NCBI GenBank assembly: GCA_041659885.1 | Contig: JBAZXN010000003.1 | Location: forward strand, 53,980-77,979 | Reading direction: 5' to 3' | From: Tatlockia sp. | GTDB lineage: Bacteria > Pseudomonadota > Gammaproteobacteria > Legionellales > Legionellaceae | DNA: 24,000 nucleotides | Part shown: positions 1-7,114 of the stretch, one piece after another | Position numbering within the stretch: position 1 is the first letter of the stretch | Layout: every line of letters begins with the position of its first letter | The notes under the pieces: model-generated | What the model was told of the DNA's origin: nothing | The model's input: only the letters and a program-made list of their open reading frames with translations | Databases searched by the model: none | Translations under genes and position numbers: made by a program

Positions 1-1056
1 TATTTATCAGAAAAAGATATTGAATTTGGGTATCTTGAACACGATCAGGCTGAGGCTCTGAGAGCCCTTGGTTTTTATGATGAGGCGGAAAAACTATTTG
101 CTTCTGCTTTAGAAAAAAAGAAAAGTTATTTCCAAACGGATGCGCATACCAATATTGCCTTACTTTATCAATGCCGTGGTTTACTTTATATCAAAAGCAA
201 TCAGTTTGAGTTAGCAAAAGAAAACCTAAAGCTAGCCTTTGCTATTTATTTACAGCATACGGAACATTTTGCAGAAGATAAGGCTGCTCTGCTTCGAAAT
301 GACTTTTATACTATGCTCTTGCAACTTGCGGCAGGTAATCTTGAGCAGGCAGAACAAGCGATTGATAATCTTGAAGTGCAGCGACAAGGAGTTGAAGATA
401 AAACAAAATCCATTTTTTTAAGAATTTCGCATGGAAAAATCCGTTTATTTCATGATCAAAATAAAGTGGATTGCTCATTTAAACAATTGCAGGACACCTT
501 AAAAACGTTTATTCCAAAATTACAATTCAAATCCGCTGAAAAATTCCTGACAGAGGATAATAAAGTCGATATTGCCTCTTTGTTGAGTCAATATGGCATT
601 GAGAATTTTATTCAAAATAACTACCAAAATTTTGAAGAATGCTTAGAACTCCTTTCTATGGCACTTCAATTTAAAAGGGATTTTTATCAATCAATACCTA
701 ATACTCCAGTGGAATTAGGGGCCATCAATTACGCATTTAGCAATTATGATTTTGGCTTGTTTTATTATTTAGCTGGATTAATGGGGAGTGAGAGAAGAAA
801 AAAAGAAGAGTGGTTTGCAATTTCTTCAGAATACCTTGATAAAGCAAAAGCGCAATTCATTCAAGCAGGAGTGAATCCCACGCATGCGAATATCCTGGCT
901 TGCAATCTGCTATTGAAAAAAATAACCGATAGAAAAAACGCGCTACCTGACTTACAAAAAAGAGTTTGTTTTTTTCAGATGTCCTCGAAAAGAACTCTGG
1001 ATTCAGAGTTTGAGTATTTGCCTTGCCTGGATACCATCTTAAAAGATTATCCCTAA
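1..1056 (+). CDS. TPR-like helical-repeat protein, 5'-partial (continues upstream of window)
   Basis: Hand translation of frame 1 from nt 1 (YLSEKDIEFGYLEHDQAEALRALGFYDEAEKLFASALEKKK...) has no stop until TAA 1054-1056, so the ATG at 313 in the ORF track is internal. Repeated helix-turn-helix pattern (EALRALGFYDEAEKLFASAL, LLYQCRGLLYIKSNQFELAKENLKLA, MLLQLAAGNLEQAEQAI) is TPR-like. Confidence 0.6.
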   Translation, partial: YLSEKDIEFGYLEHDQAEALRALGFYDEAEKLFASALEKKKSYFQTDAHTNIALLYQCRGLLYIKSNQFELAKENLKLAFAIYLQHTEHFAEDKAALLRNDFYTMLLQLAAGNLEQAEQAIDNLEVQRQGVEDKTKSIFLRISHGKIRLFHDQNKVDCSFKQLQDTLKTFIPKLQFKSAEKFLTEDNKVDIASLLSQYGIENFIQNNYQNFEECLELLSMALQFKRDFYQSIPNTPVELGAINYAFSNYDFGLFYYLAGLMGSERRKKEEWFAISSEYLDKAKAQFIQAGVNPTHANILACNLLLKKITDRKNALPDLQKRVCFFQMSSKRTLDSEFEYLPCLDTILKDYP

Positions 1057-1083
1057 CCCATTTTATTCTGCCCGGAGGTTTAG

Positions 1084-1169
1084 GGCGTGTCATCAATTAA
1101 GTTTTTTGGCTGCAAAATGGCGCTCAATAAGCCACATTTTCGCTTCAAAAAATTAATTGATGACACGCC
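1084..1169. repeat. 86-bp imperfect palindrome between convergent genes
   Basis: Perfect 17-bp arms GGCGTGTCATCAATTAA (1084-1100) and TTAATTGATGACACGCC (1153-1169). The interior also pairs imperfectly (TTTTTTG..AAAATG..GGC versus GCC..CATTTT..CAAAAAA) around the loop GCTCAATAA. Confidence 0.7.
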
Positions 1170-1332
1170 TTAATGAAAAAGGCGTATTGCCCATTTATAG
1201 CTTATTGTAAGCGACTCAATGCGTTCAAACATGTTATGAAGGATTGCGCAGGGGTAAACGGTTTTCGAAAACCACTAAAAAAGTATCAGGTTATCCGGGG
1301 GGGCGCACTCCTTTGCTTTCCCACGCTTCCAA

Positions 1333-2226
1333 TTAGATGGTAGCCATATCCGGTGAAACATCCGGTGCTTTCTCATCGTTTTTTTGTAGTCTTTTATAGA
1401 CAGCCGTTCCAAACAGTCCCATTCCAAATAAAAAGAGAGGAACACCAACGCTGGCTGTTATTGCTCCTGCCATGCCAAAGGTTGTCGCATTCAGGAGAGC
1501 AAAGCCTATCGCAACAGCGGTAATTCCTACGGCTGCAATAAATCCACCTAAGACCGTCATGCTAATATTCAATGGATTGCATGATGGGTTTTCTTCCCGA
1601 CGACTCATACTGTTCAGTTCTTTTTGAGCACATTCTAATCCTTGCTTTGCTGCACGCTCAAAAAAGGTGAAGGCTGTACTGTCGTTTTGTTCCACTCCAC
1701 GCCTTTGCTTCAGCATAAGCCCTACGTGATATTGAGCCCTTGCATCACCCCGTTTTGCTGCACGTAAATACCACTCATAAGCTTTTTTCTCGTCTTTGTT
1801 AACCCCAATTCCTTTTTCATGAACCTCTCCTAGGTAGAGTTGTGAGATTGCAAGCCCTACCTCTGCTGCACGCTCAAGCCAAACTAAGGCTTCTGTCACG
1901 TCTTTTTGAACCCCACGGCCCTCTATGAGCATGATTCCCAGGTTATGTTGCGCATCGGCACGTCCTTGCTCTGCTGCAAGACGATACTGATTCACAGCTT
2001 CTTTTTCATTTTGTTCAACCCAACGTCCTGTATCTAGCAGAATGCCTAAACTATATTGCGCTATTGGAAGCCCTTTATCTGCTGCACAACAAATTAACTC
2101 CACGCCTTTTTTTGCGTTCGTTTTATCCCTACCTCCTTCTAGATAATGGCGTCCCAATTCATACTGGGATATTGCATCTCCATCGTGCGCAAATTGTATT
2201 AACTCATTGATGGTTATCGATGGCAT
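1333..2226 (-). CDS. Sel1-repeat (SLR) protein with C-terminal double hydrophobic segment
   Basis: About five tandem ~36-aa Sel1-type units (AVNQYRLAAEQGRADAQHNLGIMLIEGRGVQKD; ALVWLERAAEVGLAISQLYLGEVHEKGIGVNKD; AYEWYLRAAKRGDARAQYHVGLMLKQRRGVEQN). GAGGAG lies 6 nt upstream of the ATG (2226). C-terminus has two hydrophobic stretches, MTVLGGFIAAVGITAVAIGFALL and GAITASVGVPLFLFGMGLFGTAVY. Confidence 0.85.
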   Translation of the reverse strand: MPSITINELIQFAHDGDAISQYELGRHYLEGGRDKTNAKKGVELICCAADKGLPIAQYSLGILLDTGRWVEQNEKEAVNQYRLAAEQGRADAQHNLGIMLIEGRGVQKDVTEALVWLERAAEVGLAISQLYLGEVHEKGIGVNKDEKKAYEWYLRAAKRGDARAQYHVGLMLKQRRGVEQNDSTAFTFFERAAKQGLECAQKELNSMSRREENPSCNPLNISMTVLGGFIAAVGITAVAIGFALLNATTFGMAGAITASVGVPLFLFGMGLFGTAVYKRLQKNDEKAPDVSPDMATI

Positions 2227-2451
2227 AAGTTACTCCTCAATATAATGGGCAAGGTGTTTTCACTTGGTACCGAAACCTGATGTCAGGAGTCAAAATAGAA
2301 CGAATAGGCAACTAATCGGACCAACTAATTGAGTAAAAACTGAAACAATATGGTTTTAATTTTACCATAAGGTTAATTGTGGTGCAATGTGTTTTCGTTG
2401 TTTCACTACCCGTTGTGGCATATCTTACAGGTAGCGCGATGGGTGAAAGGG

Positions 2452-4275
2452 CTACTCGACAAGGGTTAGCCACTCTTCTTCCGCCTCTATGAGTGCCTCC
2501 TGCAGGGTTTTTTGTTGTTTCAGCAATTGCTGCAAAGTTGTTTTTTGTTGTTCTTCGTAAAGCGATAAGTCAGCGAGTTTTTCTTCAAGTTGTGCCAATT
2601 TTTTTTGGTATTCCTCAATCAGTTGCTCTAATTTTTTCATGCGGTTTTGGATTGTTTTTTTCTCGCGGTACTGGCTTTGGGAGGGGGCGGGTTCTTTGCT
2701 TGCATTGCGTTGCTCAAGCCACACATGATAATCGTCCAAATCCCCTTTAAACGGGCGCACCTCTTTGTTTGAAACCAGATAAAAATCATCGACTGTGGTG
2801 CGCAAGAGGTGTCTGTCGTGGGAGATTAAGATTAAAGCGCCTTCGTAGCTTTGCAGGGCCATTTCAATGGCGGCTCGCATATCGAGATCCAGATGGTTCG
2901 TTGGCTCATCCAGTAATAACAAATTGGGCTTTAGCCAGACTAATTTGGCCAGAGCAAGCCGCGCTTTTTCCCCTCCAGAAAACGAATCAATGGCAGTGGT
3001 TGCCATGTTGCCGACAAAATTAAAACCGCCTAAAAAATCACGGATGGTTTGTTCTTTGGCAAGAGGGGTTAATTGCTGAATGGTTTCAACAGGGCTTAAT
3101 TGGGGATCAAGGGTTTCAAGCTGATGTTGTGCATAATAGCCAATTTGCAAATTCGGTGAGCGGTGAATCGTGCCCGAAAGGGGCAGAAGTGCGCCCGTTA
3201 AGGTTTTAATAAGAGTGGATTTGCCCTCACCGTTTGGGCCAAGCAAGGCAATCCTGTCGCCTGGATTTAATACCAGATTGATTTTTTTTAACACCGGTGC
3301 GTCAGGCGTGTAACCGGCGCTAACCTGATTGGCATGGAGCAGGGGGGGCGCGGTGTTTACGCTTGAGTAAAAACCAAAGGAAAAGGGCGAGTCAATCTGC
3401 GCTTGTGCGACTAGCTCCATTTTTTCAATGGCACTTAACCTGCTTTGTGCTTGCTTTGCTTTAGAAGCCTTGGCGCGAAAGCGGTTCACATAAGACATTA
3501 AATGCGCTATTTTTTGTTGCTGTTTATCGTAGGTTTTTTGCTGTAAAGCCAATTGCTCTGCGCGTGTGCGCTCAAACCGGCTGTAATTTCCGCTGTATAA
3601 ATTAAGGGTTTGTTGTTCAATATGAAGGATGTGGGTGACAAAGGCATCCAAAAACTCGCGATCATGGGCAATAACCAGCACGGAGCTGGAGCATTGTTTC
3701 AACCACTTTTCCAGCCAAAAAATAGCTTCCATATCGAGGTGGTTGGTTGGCTCATCCAGCAATAATAAGTCAGCACGTTTCATGAGGCAGCGAGCAAGGC
3801 TTAAACGCATGCGCCAGCCGCCTGAAAAATGGTTGACCGGCAAAAGTTCTTCACTCGCACTAAATCCAAGCCCTGCCATAATAGCAGCTGCCTTGGCGGG
3901 CTTACTGTAGCCTCCGGTTTGATTCAGCAATTCATGGCAGGCTAAAACCGTTGCGTGATCCCCTTGTTTCTCCGCACTATGTAAGCGATGTTGCAAGGCA
4001 AGGTATTCCTCATCCCCGGCCAGCACAAATTGAAGAGCGGGTTCCTCGCTGTCGGGAAGTTGTTGGGAGAGGTGGCTTATTCGCAATTGCGGGTTGAGAC
4101 AGCACTCACCCAAATCCGTTTGCAGTGCTCCAAGAATTAAGCCAAATAAACTGGACTTTCCTGAGCCGTTTTGCCCGACAAGGCCAATTTTTTGTTTTTC
4201 ATAAAGGGTAGTACTTGTATTTTTAAGCAATACTTTATTACCCCGTGAAAGGGTAATTTGATTAAAATTTATCAT
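2452..4275 (-). CDS. ABC-F family ATPase (Uup/YheS/EttA class, soluble tandem ABC protein)
   Basis: Two cassettes: Walker A GQNGSGKSS and GPNGEGKST; signatures FSGGWRMRLSLA and FSGGEKARLALA; Walker B LLLLDEPTNHLD twice. No TM domain. K/E/Q-rich C-terminal coiled coil. Confidence 0.9.
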   Translation of the reverse strand: MINFNQITLSRGNKVLLKNTSTTLYEKQKIGLVGQNGSGKSSLFGLILGALQTDLGECCLNPQLRISHLSQQLPDSEEPALQFVLAGDEEYLALQHRLHSAEKQGDHATVLACHELLNQTGGYSKPAKAAAIMAGLGFSASEELLPVNHFSGGWRMRLSLARCLMKRADLLLLDEPTNHLDMEAIFWLEKWLKQCSSSVLVIAHDREFLDAFVTHILHIEQQTLNLYSGNYSRFERTRAEQLALQQKTYDKQQQKIAHLMSYVNRFRAKASKAKQAQSRLSAIEKMELVAQAQIDSPFSFGFYSSVNTAPPLLHANQVSAGYTPDAPVLKKINLVLNPGDRIALLGPNGEGKSTLIKTLTGALLPLSGTIHRSPNLQIGYYAQHQLETLDPQLSPVETIQQLTPLAKEQTIRDFLGGFNFVGNMATTAIDSFSGGEKARLALAKLVWLKPNLLLLDEPTNHLDLDMRAAIEMALQSYEGALILISHDRHLLRTTVDDFYLVSNKEVRPFKGDLDDYHVWLEQRNASKEPAPSQSQYREKKTIQNRMKKLEQLIEEYQKKLAQLEEKLADLSLYEEQQKTTLQQLLKQQKTLQEALIEAEEEWLTLVE

Positions 4276-4318
4276 GTCATCAGGATAGAGAGAAAAATTG
4301 CCTCTAGTTTACCACTGC

Positions 4319-4612
4319 TTATTTCCACATCACATTACAATTTTTCTGACTTGCCGCTTTTAACAGGTTTATTAACGGCACTGCGCGCGTAGCCAGGCTA
4401 ATTTGCGGCTCGCCGTCTTCGTCATCGGGTGTATTCATTGGCTTTATGTGATTGATATTGTCTTGCAAACTGTGTAATGCTGCCGGGACTTCATCAGCCA
4501 TTATCGCGCCAGGAACGGTGGCACTGTGCCCCATCATTTTTAATAAGCGGGTTGCAACCTCGCCAAACAGGGTAATATTTCCGTATTCACGGCAGGAAAA
4601 GGTCACTAACAT
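4319..4612 (-). CDS. DUF1840-family small protein (uncharacterised)
   Basis: Start placed at the internal ATG 4612 (MLVTFSCREYGNITLFGEVATRLLKMMGHSATVPGAI...), preceded by AAGGAAG. The N-terminal pattern matches my recollection of DUF1840 proteins. Lies 43 bp upstream of the ABC-F gene on the same strand, so probably one operon. Confidence 0.6.
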   Translation of the reverse strand: MLVTFSCREYGNITLFGEVATRLLKMMGHSATVPGAIMADEVPAALHSLQDNINHIKPMNTPDDEDGEPQISLATRAVPLINLLKAASQKNCNVMWK

Positions 4613-4678
4613 AGCGGCTTCCTTCTTAATGGAAAGGTATTTAAAGGGTAGGATAAAACAAAACGAAAGCAAATTGTT

Positions 4679-4708
4679 TTGACAGGAATTCGTAAAAAAA
4701 ATTATAAT
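4679..4708 (+). promoter_or_regulatory. Candidate sigma70 promoter of queA
   Basis: TTGACA (4679-4684), 18-nt spacer, TATAAT (4703-4708), 27 nt upstream of the queA ATG. Confidence 0.45.
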
Positions 4709-4735
4709 GTTGCTATTTAGTTGTCAAGTTGAAAA

Positions 4736-5752
4736 ATGAATAAACAAGATTTTTATTTCGAACTGCCCGAAGCCTTAATTGCCCAGTATCCTCTGGCCAC
4801 CCGCAGCGCCTCCAGGCTTTTGGCCTACGATCGCCAAACGCGTGAATACCGCCACCAGCATTTTAACGATATCCTCCACTTTTTGCAGGAAGGCGATTTG
4901 CTGGTTTTGAACAATTCCAAGGTAATTCCAGCGCGTCTGTATGGTTATAAAGCAAGCGGGGGAAGGGTGGAGCTTTTGGTTGAACGCTTATGCGAAGGAG
5001 ATACTTTTCTAGCGCATATCAAAGCGAGCAAAACGCCCAAAGCAGGTACCATCATCCACCTTGAAGGGCAATGGCAACTTCAAGTGATAAACAAAATCGA
5101 TGATTTGTACCATTGTCGCTCCTTTGGCAACAGAGATGCCATGCTTGACGCGATTGGTCATATTCCTTTGCCACCTTATATTACTCGCGCAGACGAGCAA
5201 TCGGATTTGGAACGCTATCAAACCGTTTATGCAAGGCACAAAGGCTCGGTTGCAGCACCCACTGCCGGCTTGCATTTTGATGAGGCATTGTTGCAAGCCT
5301 TGCAAAATAAGGGCGTAAGGTTGGCTTATTCTACCTTACATGTGGGAGCCGGAACCTTTCGGCCGGTTCGTTGCGAGGCATTAAAAGATCATAAAATGCA
5401 TAGCGAAGCGTTGGTTATTGATGAGGCGCTTTGTGAGGCAGTTAACGAAACAAAGGCCCGGGGTAAGCGAGTCATTGCTGTGGGAACCACCTCCATGCGA
5501 AGCCTTGAAAGTGCGGCTTTAGCCGATGGAACGTTAAAGCCTGCGCAGATGGACACCACTATTTTTATCTACCCGGGCTATCAATTTAAACTTTGTGACG
5601 GGTTGATAACCAATTTTCATTTGCCAGAATCCACCCTGCTGATGCTCGTTTCAGCGTTTATTGGCCATAGCGAGGCCATGGCGCTTTATCAAGAGGCTAT
5701 AGCAAAAGGGTACCGTTTCTTTAGTTACGGCGATGCCAGCTTACTCCTTTAA
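4736..5752 (+). CDS. queA: S-adenosylmethionine:tRNA ribosyltransferase-isomerase
   Basis: 338 aa. N-terminus MNKQDFYFELPEALIAQYPLATRSASRLL and motifs VAAPTAGLHF, AVGTTSMRSLES, FFSYGDASLL are typical QueA. Conserved position upstream of tgt-yajC-secDF. Confidence 0.95.
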   Translation: MNKQDFYFELPEALIAQYPLATRSASRLLAYDRQTREYRHQHFNDILHFLQEGDLLVLNNSKVIPARLYGYKASGGRVELLVERLCEGDTFLAHIKASKTPKAGTIIHLEGQWQLQVINKIDDLYHCRSFGNRDAMLDAIGHIPLPPYITRADEQSDLERYQTVYARHKGSVAAPTAGLHFDEALLQALQNKGVRLAYSTLHVGAGTFRPVRCEALKDHKMHSEALVIDEALCEAVNETKARGKRVIAVGTTSMRSLESAALADGTLKPAQMDTTIFIYPGYQFKLCDGLITNFHLPESTLLMLVSAFIGHSEAMALYQEAIAKGYRFFSYGDASLLL

Positions 5753-6602
5753 TTCCTGGATTTTGACGATGCAAAATAATAAAAAAACCTGTTTTACCCC
5801 GCTGTTAACGACTCCTGCAGGCTCGACCCTCACGCTTGATAACTGGGAAATGCTAAAGGTAGAGGCAGCCTGCTATGCGCTGGATGCCTTATTAATGAAG
5901 CCAGGACTTTCTTTGTTGAGCAAAGAAAGCCTTAAAGCCTATGGGGGATGGCAGGGCATCGGGGTTTTGAATGCGTCCTTGCTTAAAGCCAATGCAGAAG
6001 GTGTTTGTACGGTTCGCTCTATTTACGATGGCAGCACGCATCACTTGCACTTTTCGCAATTGTATTCGCTCATTGTAAGCCTTGCACCGCAAGTGGTCAT
6101 TTTGCCGGAGGGATTTGTAAATTACCTCACAGCAAATACGCAGGCCTTACCCGATGGGATGGAGGTGTTTATTCCCTGGCAGGAAGAAAAGCCCTCTATG
6201 CACTATGCGGGTTATTATTTTGCCTATGATAAATCGACTTCCTTTTCCGATTTTCTGGCAAAGTTAGCGCACTCGGAAGGAAAACCCTGCTATGGTGCCG
6301 GTGATTTTACCTTGGAGGATTGTATGGCGCTTAAATCCTCTGCGGCCTTTTCTTATATTGAATCAGACAAACCGGCAAAGGATGCCATGGAGGGGGTTAT
6401 TTACCCCAATATCCAGCTTTTAGACGAAGACATGGCGCACCAGCACACACTGCTTGCGGAGGATTGCGCGTGCCCAACCTGTAAGGAAGGATTAACCCGT
6501 GCGTATTTGCATCATCTGCTGCAACATACGCCCTTGCTCTGTCAGCGGTTTTTAATTCAACATAATGCGCATTATTATCAAAATGTTATTGCTCAAGCAT
6601 GA
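5733..6602 (+). CDS. Divergent, shortened tRNA-guanine transglycosylase (Tgt)-family protein
   Basis: Occupies the tgt slot of the queA-tgt-yajC-secDF block. C-terminal Zn motif CACPTCKEGLTRAYLHHLL...IQHNAHYYQ aligns by eye to E. coli Tgt CDCYTCRNYSRAYLHHL...TIHNLRYYQ; the N-terminal CFTPLL aligns to CFMPVG. Only 277-289 aa versus ~375. Start uncertain (ATG 5733 overlaps queA by 20 nt; alternative ATG 5769, MQNNKK). Confidence 0.7.
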   Translation: MPAYSFNSWILTMQNNKKTCFTPLLTTPAGSTLTLDNWEMLKVEAACYALDALLMKPGLSLLSKESLKAYGGWQGIGVLNASLLKANAEGVCTVRSIYDGSTHHLHFSQLYSLIVSLAPQVVILPEGFVNYLTANTQALPDGMEVFIPWQEEKPSMHYAGYYFAYDKSTSFSDFLAKLAHSEGKPCYGAGDFTLEDCMALKSSAAFSYIESDKPAKDAMEGVIYPNIQLLDEDMAHQHTLLAEDCACPTCKEGLTRAYLHHLLQHTPLLCQRFLIQHNAHYYQNVIAQA

Positions 6603-6664
6603 AATTGTAAGAGGAGTTCATTTACCTCTGCCTGAAATCTCGCTATGATGTCACGCTGATTCAG

Positions 6665-6714
6665 ATATACCCATGATCTTTCAAAAATAGCATTTTGAAA
6701 GATCATGGGTATAT
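6665..6714. repeat. Perfect 22-bp-stem hairpin / palindrome upstream of yajC
   Basis: ATATACCCATGATCTTTCAAAA (6665-6686), loop ATAGCA, TTTTGAAAGATCATGGGTATAT (6693-6714). No mismatch and no trailing T-tract. Confidence 0.8.
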
Positions 6715-6759
6715 ACCCTGAATTGCACCATTATTTGATAGCGAATGAAGGAGATGAAT

Positions 6760-7095
6760 ATGAGTTTTTTGATAAGTAATGCGTTGGCTGCAAGCCCCTC
6801 TGCGCAAGCGGCTCAACCTGATGGAACGGTTTCGCTGATAATGATCGTGGTGATTTTTGCTGTGTTTTATTTTCTGCTTATCCGTCCTCAAAATAAGCGT
6901 GCAAAAGAGCACCGCCAAATGGTGGGTCTGTTAAAAAAAGGCGATGAAGTGATAACAGCAGGCGGTATATTGGGCAAAGTAGTTGGTGTGGATGAACAAT
7001 ACATCAAAGTTTCCATTGCCGATGGGGTAGAAATCACCTTGCAGCGTGCTTCTGTCAGTTCCATTTTACCTAAAGGCACCCTTAAATCCCTTTAA
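6760..7095 (+). CDS. yajC: Preprotein translocase subunit YajC
   Basis: Start chosen at ATG 6760 (AAGGAG at 6749-6754). Sequence MSFLISNALA...LIMIVVIFAVFYFLLIRPQNKRAKEHRQMVGLLKKGDEVITAGGILGKV is the YajC signature. Synteny with secDF. Confidence 0.9.
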   Translation: MSFLISNALAASPSAQAAQPDGTVSLIMIVVIFAVFYFLLIRPQNKRAKEHRQMVGLLKKGDEVITAGGILGKVVGVDEQYIKVSIADGVEITLQRASVSSILPKGTLKSL

Positions 7096-7114
7096 GCTTG
7101 ATCAGGGAAAAAAA

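Noticed and set aside
239-1096. ORFs 239-421 (+) and 857-1096 (-) overlapping the TPR-like gene
   Set aside because: They are short, off-frame or antisense to a 352-codon open frame running from the window edge, with low-complexity translations.
2493-3910. Four + strand ORFs (2493-2750, 2769-3023, 2867-3079, 3629-3910) antisense to the ABC-F gene
   Set aside because: They lie entirely inside a strongly motif-supported minus-strand gene. Their R/G/S/C-rich, low-complexity translations look like typical shadow ORFs.
7046-7114. Upstream extension of secD (ORF-track start 7046) and of yajC (6745)
   Set aside because: The extension overlaps the yajC 3' end. The ATG at 7115 gives the canonical SecD N-terminus (MQNKYPLWKN). 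For yajC, AAGGAG is correctly spaced for ATG 6760.
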